This document shows, in pieces, positions 9,464 to 19,215 of a stretch of 64,000 bases of DNA. The notes under the pieces were generated by a model. The model was not told the DNA's origin. It saw only the letters and a list, made by a program, of their open reading frames with translations, and searched no databases. This DNA comes from a candidate division WOR-3 bacterium (GTDB lineage: Bacteria > Hydrothermota > 32-111), in contig JBDRZU010000001.1 in NCBI GenBank assembly GCA_039804105.1, forward strand, positions 224,001 through 288,000, written 5' to 3'. The translations under genes were made by a program, and so were the position numbers. How positions within the stretch are numbered: position 1 is the stretch's first letter; each line of letters starts with the position of its first letter.

Positions 9464-10686
9464 AAAAATTTTTTTATGTTCCACTTATACTATTTTTATC
9501 CACTCTCATATTCCCAGGTTATTTTAGTGGTGATATTGGATACTATTTTTTGAATATCCCTGTTGACCCTTTAAGTCAGGCATACTCAACAACTTCAGCT
9601 GCTATTATAGGAAGAAATGGAGATCTAATAAATCCAGCATCACTTTATATGGAGAAAGATGAAAAAACTTTTTCTTTCACATATATGCCTTTTCTTATTT
9701 CTTCACATTTTGGTTTATTCACATACAATTTCAACTCTTCACAGATACTTTTGAAATATTTTAATTCAGGTATGATGGAAAGAAGGGATTCTCTCAACAA
9801 CGATCTTGGTGAATTTTTTTCATCAGATCTTTTGATAGAATTTTCAAAAAGTTTTAGGTTAAACCAAAATCTTTATGTTGGCGGTGGATTGAATGCTGGT
9901 TTGGAAAAGGTTCTTGATTACAATAATATCTTTTCGACTTTGAATTTAGGACTGATATATGAAAGATTATACTTTGACTTTTTAAATGTTGGTTTTCAAA
10001 TTTTGAATCTTGGTGGAGGATATGATTTTGAAAAAACATCTATAACCCCTCTAAAGGTTGTCTTAGGCTTCTCTCTTGGGAAGGATGAGATGCCATTCTC
10101 AGCTAATATGGATCTTGGCAAAATAGTTGATAGAAAATATTTTTACTCTTTTGCTTTAAAATTTTCATTGATAAGGCCCCCACTAGAAAAAAAACTAACC
10201 CAGCAATCTAACACACAACACTATTTTGAGCAAACAACTGTTAAGGATGATGTTGTTTTAAACGATGATACTTCAAATATCTTTCAGGATAGTTTACCAT
10301 CGGATATTTTCAACACATCGAACAATGATTCTTTGCTTGATACCCTGACAACAGATCAGAATAAAGGTTTTGAATCTTATGCTGATTTTTTAGACGAAGA
10401 AAAGAAGGATACTCTGGATAATTTAAGTGAAAAAAAATCTATTGAAACAAAGGAAAACATAAAAATTTCGGAAAAGAAAAATATATTTTCTCCACTTGCT
10501 CTTGATTTGATTTTTGGTGTTTCATCAGATAGGAATGAACTACAACTTGGATATGCAACCGATATTTCAGCTGCTTTAACAGCAGGGTTCAAACTGAGTT
10601 ACAAAAATGTATCCGTTTTATGGTCAAGTAAATTCTGGGGTGAACTTGGTGTTTCTCAGTCAATAGGAATAAAGATGAGTTTTTAA
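9460..10686 (+). CDS. PorV/PorQ-like outer-membrane beta-barrel with acidic insertion
   Basis: signal peptide, LNIPVDP..NPASL N-terminal pattern, alternating beta-strands, terminal Phe. Confidence 0.55.
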   Translation: MKKFFYVPLILFLSTLIFPGYFSGDIGYYFLNIPVDPLSQAYSTTSAAIIGRNGDLINPASLYMEKDEKTFSFTYMPFLISSHFGLFTYNFNSSQILLKYFNSGMMERRDSLNNDLGEFFSSDLLIEFSKSFRLNQNLYVGGGLNAGLEKVLDYNNIFSTLNLGLIYERLYFDFLNVGFQILNLGGGYDFEKTSITPLKVVLGFSLGKDEMPFSANMDLGKIVDRKYFYSFALKFSLIRPPLEKKLTQQSNTQHYFEQTTVKDDVVLNDDTSNIFQDSLPSDIFNTSNNDSLLDTLTTDQNKGFESYADFLDEEKKDTLDNLSEKKSIETKENIKISEKKNIFSPLALDLIFGVSSDRNELQLGYATDISAALTAGFKLSYKNVSVLWSSKFWGELGVSQSIGIKMSF

Positions 10687-11391
10687 ATGTTAAACGATAT
10701 TTTAAATGTTCGTCTTGATCAGTTTGAAGGGCCTCTTGATCTTTTATTATATCTTATCAAGAAGAATGAGATAAATATTTATGATATTCCAATTCAAAAG
10801 ATAACACTTCAGTATCTTGAGATTCTTGATAGGATGAAGGAACTCAATATAGATATTGCAAGTGATTATATTGTGATGGCCGCGACATTGATAAAGATAA
10901 AATCGGATATGTTGATACCCTCGAATCCGGTTGATGGAGAAGAAATCGAAGATCCAAGAAAACCTCTTGTCGAAAGATTGATCGAATATCAGAAGTTTAA
11001 AAAAATAACAGAAATATTAAGAAATATTGAACACGAATCCTCAAAACTTTTTTCGAGAAATGTTATATATGAGAGTAAATCGGTTGAGGAAGAGAGTCCA
11101 TATACACTTGTTGATCTGATGGATGTTTTCATACCTCTTTTAAAAAAAGGGGAATCTCTTAAACTTTACAGAGATCCAAAAGTCAAAAAAACTATTGTAG
11201 AAAAAACTAAAGAGATTTTACAGTACTTGAACGAAAATAAAGAGTTTAAATTTTTTGAATATGTCAGCGATTTTGATAATCTTTTTGAAGTTATATTAAC
11301 TTTCATAGCAATACTTGATCTTGCTTTAAAAGGTTTTTTGCATGTTGAACAAAAAACTCAATTTGATGATATAAAAATATGTTTAAAATAG
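10687..11391 (+). CDS. scpA: Segregation and condensation protein A
   Basis: FEGPLDLLLYLI, YIVMAATLIKIKS, EDPR..LVERLIEY. Confidence 0.92.
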   Translation: MLNDILNVRLDQFEGPLDLLLYLIKKNEINIYDIPIQKITLQYLEILDRMKELNIDIASDYIVMAATLIKIKSDMLIPSNPVDGEEIEDPRKPLVERLIEYQKFKKITEILRNIEHESSKLFSRNVIYESKSVEEESPYTLVDLMDVFIPLLKKGESLKLYRDPKVKKTIVEKTKEILQYLNENKEFKFFEYVSDFDNLFEVILTFIAILDLALKGFLHVEQKTQFDDIKICLK

Positions 11392-12515
11392 AAGAAAAAG
11401 ATTTTTCCTATATTGATTTTAAAAAATCTCTCCCGATAATAAAAAATTCAAGAAAGATTCTTGTGTGGGGTGATGAGGATGCAGATGGAATTACAGCAAC
11501 TATAATTCTCGCAAAAACCTTAAAATCGTTTGGAAAGAGTGTTGAGTATTTTATCCCTTCAAGGTTAAAAGATGGAATTGGACTTGTAGAAAAAAAGGTA
11601 AACTATTTTTTGAAAAAAGATTTTGATACATTCATAACTGTCGATTGTGGATCCGTTAATTATGAAATCATAAAAAAGATCAAATTTTCAGGGAAAAATG
11701 TAATAATAACTGATCATCACATTCCGTATAAAGAGCGAATAGATGAAGTACCATACATCAATCCATATTTCATGAAATCAAAAAAATTCAAAAACCTTTC
11801 TGGTAGTGGGGTTTCTTTTCTTTTCTCCATCTATTTACTTAAAAAGTTTAAAAAGGTTAAAACCTATTATGACGCATTTTTATTTGACCCCTTAAACATC
11901 TCCCTGGCAGCTGTGGGAACAAAATGTGATAAAGTAAAAGTTGACAAAACAAATGAACAGATTTTAAAATACCACGATGGAATTTTTTATTTTATACCTT
12001 TGATAAAAGAATTCGATTTTGATGTAACAAATATATGTGGAATCTTTGCAAACTCAAAAACCATAAGATTGAAAAATCCAATGGTGGAATTCTTTTTAAA
12101 TGAAAATACAAAACAAAATTTTTACATTTTTTTGAAAAACACTAAAAAAAGAATTGAAAATTTCAAAAAGAAAATAGAAAAATATACTCAAGAACTTGAT
12201 AAAAAATCTTATGAAGATAAAAAATTTATAATAATCATCTCCGATATTGACTATAAATATGTTGGAGTTTTATCTTCAATTTTATCAAAAAAGTATAACA
12301 GACCTGTTTGTGTAATCGGTAAAAAAAGAAAAGTTTATAGTGCTGAATGCAGATATGATGGAGAAAATTTCAACTGGCTTGAAATTTTAAAACTTTTTGA
12401 AAAATTTTTTGAAGGATATGGTGGACATAAAAAAGCTGCAGGATTTGAGATAAAAAAGGAGAAGATTGATGAATTTGTTTCTGAGTTTAATAATCGCCTC
12501 AACTCTCTTAACTGA
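11379..12515 (+). CDS. DHH/DHHA1 phosphoesterase, short RecJ-like exonuclease
   Basis: GDEDADG, TVDCG, TDHH, GGHKKAAG. Confidence 0.8.
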   Translation: MFKIEEKDFSYIDFKKSLPIIKNSRKILVWGDEDADGITATIILAKTLKSFGKSVEYFIPSRLKDGIGLVEKKVNYFLKKDFDTFITVDCGSVNYEIIKKIKFSGKNVIITDHHIPYKERIDEVPYINPYFMKSKKFKNLSGSGVSFLFSIYLLKKFKKVKTYYDAFLFDPLNISLAAVGTKCDKVKVDKTNEQILKYHDGIFYFIPLIKEFDFDVTNICGIFANSKTIRLKNPMVEFFLNENTKQNFYIFLKNTKKRIENFKKKIEKYTQELDKKSYEDKKFIIIISDIDYKYVGVLSSILSKKYNRPVCVIGKKRKVYSAECRYDGENFNWLEILKLFEKFFEGYGGHKKAAGFEIKKEKIDEFVSEFNNRLNSLN

Positions 12516-12864
12516 TTTTTCATATGAGGTTCCATTTGAAAAAGGTGATACACAAAAAATATATTATGATGAAACTTATGACAAAAGGTTAACCGATAAT
12601 TCTATAAATATAATACCGCTTCTTGGTTTAAGATTTTATCAGATATTCATTTCACCAGCACAGGGTGAAGTGTGTAATTTTACACCCTCATGTTCGAATT
12701 ATATGTTCCAATCGTTAAGAAAATATGGTTTATTTCTTGGATTTTTAAAAGGAGTTGATCGGTTGCAAAGATGTAATTTTTCCGTAAGAGAATATGTAAA
12801 CCTTTTCTATGATTCGATAGTTCTTATTCAAAGTAGAGGTTATAAAATTATAGATAAACCGTAA
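12469..12864 (+). CDS. YidD-like (membrane protein insertion efficiency factor family) protein with N-terminal signal-like extension
   Basis: FYQIFISP..CNFTPSCSNY...KYG...RLQRC. Confidence 0.75.
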   Translation: MNLFLSLIIASTLLTDFSYEVPFEKGDTQKIYYDETYDKRLTDNSINIIPLLGLRFYQIFISPAQGEVCNFTPSCSNYMFQSLRKYGLFLGFLKGVDRLQRCNFSVREYVNLFYDSIVLIQSRGYKIIDKP

Positions 12865-12875
12865 AGGAAATATTT

Positions 12876-13655
12876 ATGAAAAAATTTTTCTTATTAATTC
12901 TTATTCTTTCACTTTCAGTATTTATCTTTTCCCAGAATCTTGATTTTGCAAAATTTCTTTTTGAAGATGGTGATTACTTCAGATCCATAACTGAGTTGAA
13001 AAGAGAACTCTATCTGTGTCAGGACTCTCAGATGAGAGATAAGATCATCAATCTAATAGGTGTGAACTATCTTTTTATGGATGATTTAAAGATGGCTGAA
13101 GAAAGTTTTTATGCAATTAAAAACTCTTCTGAGGAGTATGAAAAAAACTATCTTATAACATTATTCTTTTTAAAAAAATTTAAAGATATAAAACAGACAC
13201 AAGTTATTTTTGAAAAAAATTACGATTATGTTTTGCTCTCAAAACTCTTTTTAGGTGAAGCAAATATTGAATCTTTTATTAATTCAAAAGATGAGATAAA
13301 AACTATCGCAGAAAACTTTTTCAAGATAAAGAAAAAGAACCCATTCATCGCATTAACTCTATCAATCTTTTTACCAGGAAGTGGCAGATTCTATTCAGAA
13401 AGAGGAGGAGATGGGCTTTTCTCAATAATGACGATAATCACTCCACTTCTTGGATCGATCTACTATAAGTTTATCAATGAAAATAAAACTTTTTTTATAA
13501 TCTCAACATCTATTGCTGCTATCTTTTATTTAGGTGAACTTTACGGTTCTTTTAATTCTGCCAATATATATTATGAAAAAAAGGTTAACAGGTATTTTTA
13601 TGAAATCAAAAATAGTTATTCTAATTCTGTTTTTCTCCCTCACTATTCTTTCTAA
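12876..13655 (+). CDS. Exported TPR protein with S-x-x-x-PG-x-G (TM2/DUF5683-like) hydrophobic region
   Basis: signal peptide, GDYFRSITELKR, KKNPFIALTLSIFLPGSGRFY. Confidence 0.6.
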   Translation: MKKFFLLILILSLSVFIFSQNLDFAKFLFEDGDYFRSITELKRELYLCQDSQMRDKIINLIGVNYLFMDDLKMAEESFYAIKNSSEEYEKNYLITLFFLKKFKDIKQTQVIFEKNYDYVLLSKLFLGEANIESFINSKDEIKTIAENFFKIKKKNPFIALTLSIFLPGSGRFYSERGGDGLFSIMTIITPLLGSIYYKFINENKTFFIISTSIAAIFYLGELYGSFNSANIYYEKKVNRYFYEIKNSYSNSVFLPHYSF

Positions 13656-14472
13656 TCAGACCTATTTAGAAAAACTTGTTTTAGAGGGAGATTATTACAG
13701 AGCGGTAGAAGAGTTTAAAAGGGTTTATTTTATAAGTGGTGATGAAAAAGATTGCAGATATTATCTAAAAATTGGTTCCCTTTATGCTTTATCAGGATAT
13801 GATACTTTCTCATTTAAATATCTGGACCTTCTTTCTGAAGTTGATCTTTCAGAGGAATGTTTTCTTTACGATGGACTTGTCAGGTCATTTTTAAGTTTTA
13901 AAAGAGGGGATTTTTATTCTGCAATTTTTGAAATCGAGGACTTTCAAGATCAGGGTTTTGATACTTTAAAAATTCTACTTGAACTCATAAACAAAAGTGT
14001 TAAAAAGGAAAAATTAGAGATTCCAGATTTTTTGGATGATTCGATAAAAAATGATCTAAAATCTTATGAAAAGATGAGGTTGAAATCACCCGAACTTTCA
14101 ATGATTTTATCTTCACTTGTTCCAGGCCTTGGAGAATTGTATTCCGGTAATGTTTCAATGGCTTTTAGGGATTTTACCATAACGACTTTTTCCAACATTT
14201 TACTTGTTTATTCTTTTTTAAAAAACCCGCAAAGTTTTTATATTGATAGATTTGAGTTTTCAAAAGAATTTTTTAAAAGTAGGGATTATTTTTTAACACT
14301 TTTTATATATTCATCTCTTGTGACAAGGTTTCAAAATGGTTCAAAAAACAATGCTTATAAACTTGCTGAAAAAAAGAATGAGGAAATACAAAAGAAATAT
14401 CTTACTCGTCTTTACTATTCGATTGAAAATCTTTATAGAAAGAAAATAGTTAATTTTGTCTTAAATCAGTGA
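13600..14472 (+). CDS. Paralogue of preceding TPR/TM2-like protein
   Basis: signal peptide from MKSKI, GDYYRAVEEFKR, KSPELSMILSSLVPGLGELY. Confidence 0.6.
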   Translation: MKSKIVILILFFSLTILSNQTYLEKLVLEGDYYRAVEEFKRVYFISGDEKDCRYYLKIGSLYALSGYDTFSFKYLDLLSEVDLSEECFLYDGLVRSFLSFKRGDFYSAIFEIEDFQDQGFDTLKILLELINKSVKKEKLEIPDFLDDSIKNDLKSYEKMRLKSPELSMILSSLVPGLGELYSGNVSMAFRDFTITTFSNILLVYSFLKNPQSFYIDRFEFSKEFFKSRDYFLTLFIYSSLVTRFQNGSKNNAYKLAEKKNEEIQKKYLTRLYYSIENLYRKKIVNFVLNQ

Positions 14473-14828
14473 CCGTTTCTTTTTTTGAAAATTTCATCTC
14501 TGTTTAAGGTTCTTGCTTTTTGATAATCATCAAGTATAACCTTATCTGAGTTGAAATATCCTGCAATCAAATTTACCATATCTTTTGCATACTTATCAAA
14601 AATAGAACCTGAATTTTTTACAAAGTATACCTCATATTTGCCGTCGTTTATTTTTGAAACAATTCCAACTTCCATGAGTTTATCGATTTTTTCCTTTAAA
14701 ATTTTTTCATCTGTGGAAAATATTTCAGAAAGTTCAAAAATGGTGCACATTTTTTTGATTAAAAGCTTAACAGTTCTTATACTTATCTCATCAGATAAAG
14801 CAATAAAAATTTTTATAAGTTTTTCCAT
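14466..14828 (-). CDS. ArsR/SmtB-like winged-helix regulator
   Basis: KIFIALSDE..IR...L, CTIFELSEIF, LMEVGIV; AGGAG RBS. Confidence 0.7.
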   Translation of the reverse strand: MEKLIKIFIALSDEISIRTVKLLIKKMCTIFELSEIFSTDEKILKEKIDKLMEVGIVSKINDGKYEVYFVKNSGSIFDKYAKDMVNLIAGYFNSDKVILDDYQKARTLNRDEIFKKRNGH

Positions 14829-14849
14829 CAAACTCCTCTTTTTCCATTG

Positions 14850-14877
14850 ATTTTACCTTTTTAAATCGATTAGTCAA
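14850..14877 (-). promoter_or_regulatory. sigma70-like promoter TTGACT-N16-TAAAAT
   Basis: upstream of ArsR-like gene. Confidence 0.6.
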
Positions 14878-14887
14878 CATCTTTCTA

Positions 14888-14915
14888 TTGACAATCACTA
14901 TTATAAATATATATT
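14888..14915 (+). promoter_or_regulatory. sigma70-like promoter TTGACA-N16-TATATT
   Basis: upstream of M6 protease operon. Confidence 0.6.
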
Positions 14916-14933
14916 TATATAAATGGAGGTTTT

Positions 14934-17900
14934 TTGAAAAAGATTTTTTGTTTTTATCTATCGATTTTCTTGTTTTTTACATTACTCAATTCTCTTGAAC
15001 TAAAAGATATTGAGTTTTTTAAAAAATATTCAAAAAAGAATGTAGATTTTTTCATAAAGGCAAATCAGAAAATATATGATTTAAAAAAAAGTAACCCTAT
15101 CTTTTTCCAGCCATCAAAAAGAAGTATTATAGATTTTCAAAAAAAGGGCCAGGATACAATAAGAGTTCTTGTTTTGAAAGTTGAATTTATTGAGGATACC
15201 ACATCTTTAACAACTGGTAACGGGAAAATGGATTTAAGAAGATCAATCGAAAGCATTTATGTAATAGATACGATCATTCAGGGAAGTGATACTCTCATCG
15301 ATACGAGTATGAATATCTACTATAAACCACCACACGATTCATTATATTTTTACCGACAGATGGAAGCTTTGAGAAACTATTATCTTGATGATTCAAGGGG
15401 TAAACTCTATATTGATTTTGAAATATACCCCAAAGGGCTTTATGATTGTTATACTGTAAAACATCAGATGCAGTTTTATGGTGATACTCTTAATATCGTA
15501 TATGGAATGTTTTATCTTTTAAGGGATGCTTTAAAAGAAGCCGAAATTTCTGGTGGAATAGATTTTAACAAATTTGATGCTGTTATCGTTTTCCATGCAG
15601 GAAGTATGTGGCAAACAGATTACTATGGAGATTCTCCTTTTGATCTACCTGCTGTTTATATTCAGGGAGCTTCCTACATTTTTGGTGAACCTATAACTGT
15701 TGGTGGTAAAAGTTTTGAGGATGGTATAATTTATTCTGAAACTGCTATACAAGACGGCGGTTATGCATTTATTCAAGGTGGACTTGTTCATGAATTCGCC
15801 CATCAACTTGGGATATTTGATATGTATGATACCTCAAACAGAAGGATGGGTATGGGTGGATGGAATTTACAGGGGACAGGTAACTGGAATCTTGCAGGCC
15901 TCGTGCCGCCACATCAGGGTGGTTATAATAGTGTGAGTAGATTCAATACAAAACCTAACAATGATTATTTTAATTGGATCTATTTTAACCAGACGAAAAC
16001 TGTATTTAAAGATACAACAGGTCTAAGAATCAAATATCTTGGTTCTGATGAGGACACTTCAATCAAATTTTATAAAATTCCATTAAATTCACACGAATAT
16101 TTCTTGATCGAAAATAGATACGCTTACTCTTCAAAGGATACTTTATCAAATGTTCCAGATTCGAATGGATTTAGAGTTTGGAAAGATGGAGTTCTTGTAA
16201 AGATTAACGATTACGATATATCATTACCATGTCCAATAGATTCAGGTGGTCTTGCGATTTATCATGTCGACGAAACTATCATCGTAAACGATTCTGGATA
16301 TAATATGATCAATGCTGGTCCTATACTCGGTGTTGATATGGAAGAAGCAGATAGAGTTCAGGATTTTGAACTCTCATTTTATGATGTTGTTGATTGGGAT
16401 AAAACATTTTATGGAACATATGAAGATCTTTTCAGATCTGGTGGTGTATCAAATCAGTTTACACCCAAAACATATCCAAACACAGATGCAAATAATTTCG
16501 GAAAAACACATATTTATATATACAACATATCGAGTTCAGATACTGTTATGTCTTTTTCTGTTTTGTTTGATTTAAGAAGAGAAGGGTTTCCGTTTAAGTT
16601 AAAATCAGCTCCTGATGTGAATAGTCCAAAAGTTCTAAAAAAAGATGGGAAATATTATATCCTAATTCAAACCGAAAATGGAGAGTTATACGCACTTGAT
16701 AAAGATGGGAAACCACTCTCTGGTTCAACAGGTATTGTAGGGAATTTTAATGTGAATTCTTTTTCATATTCAACGATTGCAATCGGAAATATTGCAAACA
16801 CTAATGGTGATGAAATATCATTTACCGACTATGATGGAAATGTTTACCTTCTTAGAACAGACACTTTAAATCCAGCAGGATATTTCTTACCATTAAAAAA
16901 CTCTCCGGTTAATCTTGATGGTAAAATTGTTTCTTCACCTGTACTTTATGATATAGATAAAGATGGTTTTGAAGAAGTTTTGATAACCTCTGAAAACATG
17001 TATCTTTATCTACTCGATTATGACTCATCATTAGGATTTTATAAAAAAGATTCAACATTTTTAAATTCCTCATCTTGGTCTTTACCTGTTGTTCTTGAAG
17101 ACAAAATAGTAACTCTTGGCTTTGATGGTGTTGTAAGATTTTTTGATTTTGATCTGAAAGAACTCTATTATTCAAAAACTGAATATCCATATCCGACAAC
17201 ATCATCGCCTATTGCTATTGATATTGATGGAGATTCTACAATTGAAATTGTTTTCATAAGAGGGGATGGGACTTTCTTTGTGGTTTCTTCACTTTCAGGA
17301 GAGATAAAAAGTTCGAAGAAACTTCCTTTTGATAACTTTTATTCTTCTCCTGTTCCAATAGATTATAACAACGATGGACTTTTTGAAATCGCATTGATAG
17401 TACAAAAAAATCTATATCTTCTTGATTGTAATGGAAACATTGTGAACGGTTTTCCCAAACGATTTTCTGATGAAATCCAATCTTCACCTTTATCTGTTGA
17501 CCTTGATGATGATGGTATAAACGAGATTCTTGTACATACAAAAAATGGACTCCTTGTTTCATTTTCAAATAAAACTCAAACACCAGGATTTCCTTTAGCA
17601 ACTGGCCAATATTCTAATTCAACACCACTTGTTTGTGATCTCGACAATGATTCACTTGTTGACATAATTGCCTGTGTTGATTCAACAATTATTGCTTATG
17701 AGTTAAAATCTAAAATTAATGGTAAAAATTGGAACAGTTTACATTATTCTGATTCAAACAATAGATATTTTAAATATTCGTCTAACAAAATTTCAGGAGA
17801 TCTGCTTTTAGTTGAAGATGGAAACAATTATATGTATCCTAATCCAACAAAAGGTAAAATAAAATTAAGATTTTCAACTCAAACAGCAAAAGAATATTCT

Positions 17901-18086
17901 TTTATGGTATTTGATCAAAGTAAAACATTGAAATATTCCTCTCCTACTTATAAAGCAAAAGTAGGAGTTAATGAAGTGGATCTTTCTTTAGATTTTCTTG
18001 CCCCGGGTTTTTACAAACTCAGATTAATGCTCACCGATGGAGAGAAAAATCTTTATAGAAATTTTAATTTTGGAGTTATAAGATGA
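14934..18086 (+). CDS. Secreted M6 (immune inhibitor A)-like metalloprotease with FG-GAP repeats and T9SS-type C-terminal domain
   Basis: TTG start with GGAGG; signal peptide; IVFHAG, HEFAHQLGIFD, EYFLIENR; repeated D-x-D-x-DG-x-x-E; YPNP...PGFY tail. Confidence 0.8.
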   Translation: MKKIFCFYLSIFLFFTLLNSLELKDIEFFKKYSKKNVDFFIKANQKIYDLKKSNPIFFQPSKRSIIDFQKKGQDTIRVLVLKVEFIEDTTSLTTGNGKMDLRRSIESIYVIDTIIQGSDTLIDTSMNIYYKPPHDSLYFYRQMEALRNYYLDDSRGKLYIDFEIYPKGLYDCYTVKHQMQFYGDTLNIVYGMFYLLRDALKEAEISGGIDFNKFDAVIVFHAGSMWQTDYYGDSPFDLPAVYIQGASYIFGEPITVGGKSFEDGIIYSETAIQDGGYAFIQGGLVHEFAHQLGIFDMYDTSNRRMGMGGWNLQGTGNWNLAGLVPPHQGGYNSVSRFNTKPNNDYFNWIYFNQTKTVFKDTTGLRIKYLGSDEDTSIKFYKIPLNSHEYFLIENRYAYSSKDTLSNVPDSNGFRVWKDGVLVKINDYDISLPCPIDSGGLAIYHVDETIIVNDSGYNMINAGPILGVDMEEADRVQDFELSFYDVVDWDKTFYGTYEDLFRSGGVSNQFTPKTYPNTDANNFGKTHIYIYNISSSDTVMSFSVLFDLRREGFPFKLKSAPDVNSPKVLKKDGKYYILIQTENGELYALDKDGKPLSGSTGIVGNFNVNSFSYSTIAIGNIANTNGDEISFTDYDGNVYLLRTDTLNPAGYFLPLKNSPVNLDGKIVSSPVLYDIDKDGFEEVLITSENMYLYLLDYDSSLGFYKKDSTFLNSSSWSLPVVLEDKIVTLGFDGVVRFFDFDLKELYYSKTEYPYPTTSSPIAIDIDGDSTIEIVFIRGDGTFFVVSSLSGEIKSSKKLPFDNFYSSPVPIDYNNDGLFEIALIVQKNLYLLDCNGNIVNGFPKRFSDEIQSSPLSVDLDDDGINEILVHTKNGLLVSFSNKTQTPGFPLATGQYSNSTPLVCDLDNDSLVDIIACVDSTIIAYELKSKINGKNWNSLHYSDSNNRYFKYSSNKISGDLLLVEDGNNYMYPNPTKGKIKLRFSTQTAKEYSFMVFDQSKTLKYSSPTYKAKVGVNEVDLSLDFLAPGFYKLRLMLTDGEKNLYRNFNFGVIR

Positions 18087-18721
18087 AAAAATTATTACTG
18101 ATAATCATTTTTCCATTTTTGATATTTTCACAGGTTCAAAAGGAAGTTATATTCGATGCAGGGAAATCGCTGATAATCCCTGGTTATGGGTTGTGGAGTA
18201 TAGATAAGAAAATAAATTCCATTCCCTTTATTGCTTCTGAAGTAATACTTTTACCCTTATTTTCCTATTTGACAATAAATTCAAAACAAACAAATGAGGA
18301 TGCTTTAAACTTTGCATCCTATATCCTTTCAAAGAATGTTTCAAATTATCCTCAAAATCTTTTAACAAAGATGGAATTTTACACTTCGTATAAAGAATAC
18401 AACACAAAAATCATTACAAAAGCAAGAACACTCTATCCTGATGATTATGAAAAACAACTCGATTATATAAACAAAAATATTGTTCCTGATTCTCTTGGAT
18501 GGGAATTTTCTTCAGATTCCACGAGATTGTTCTATTCTGATCTCAGAAAAAATTCAAGAGAGTTGAAACAATTATCTTACTACACTCTTGTAGCAATTTC
18601 ACTTAACCATATAATCAGTGGAATATACACTTACTTTGTATCAAGTGAAAAAAGAAGAATTAATTTTGAAAGTGAAGTTGATTTTAATGGTTTAAAATTT
18701 AGTATTGGAGTGAAATTTTGA
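18083..18721 (+). CDS. Hypothetical exported protein (DUF5683-like motif)
   Basis: signal peptide, SLIIPGYG, terminal beta-strand ending in Phe. Confidence 0.55.
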   Translation: MKKLLLIIIFPFLIFSQVQKEVIFDAGKSLIIPGYGLWSIDKKINSIPFIASEVILLPLFSYLTINSKQTNEDALNFASYILSKNVSNYPQNLLTKMEFYTSYKEYNTKIITKARTLYPDDYEKQLDYINKNIVPDSLGWEFSSDSTRLFYSDLRKNSRELKQLSYYTLVAISLNHIISGIYTYFVSSEKRRINFESEVDFNGLKFSIGVKF

Positions 18722-19215
18722 TAGGAATAATAAAAAATTTTTTTAAAGGTTTTTTCCAGAATGTTTATGACACACTTTCAATAATGGGAGTTTTTAAATA
18801 TTTTGATATTCTTTTTGTAAAATCAAAAGGGGAAAAAATTGAATTTTTTAAAGATTACTATAAAAGGAATAAACTCCTTATTCTTATTTTTTTATCACTC
18901 CTTTTACTTGTTTTTATAGTTTTTGAATTCAATTTGAATAAACCGATCGCAGCACTTTTAATACTCCTTGTTGGAATGATAACCCATATGTTTACTGAAC
19001 TCTTAGCGCTTCTTGCTCTTGTTCCTATTATTGGTCCTGTTCTTGTTAAAATTATATCTTTACCTTTTATAATCCTTTTAAATGGAATAACATACCTTGT
19101 GAGTTTCTTTGCTTTGAGAAAAGGTTATAAAATGGAAATGTTAAAATCAAGATCTTTTACAACAACTCTTCTTCTAGGTATCCTTATAGGGTACATTTTG
19201 GGGAAAATAATATGA
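18718..19215 (+). CDS. Hypothetical multi-pass membrane protein
   Basis: several hydrophobic helices; overlaps both neighbours by 4 nt. Confidence 0.65.
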   Translation: MIGIIKNFFKGFFQNVYDTLSIMGVFKYFDILFVKSKGEKIEFFKDYYKRNKLLILIFLSLLLLVFIVFEFNLNKPIAALLILLVGMITHMFTELLALLALVPIIGPVLVKIISLPFIILLNGITYLVSFFALRKGYKMEMLKSRSFTTTLLLGILIGYILGKII

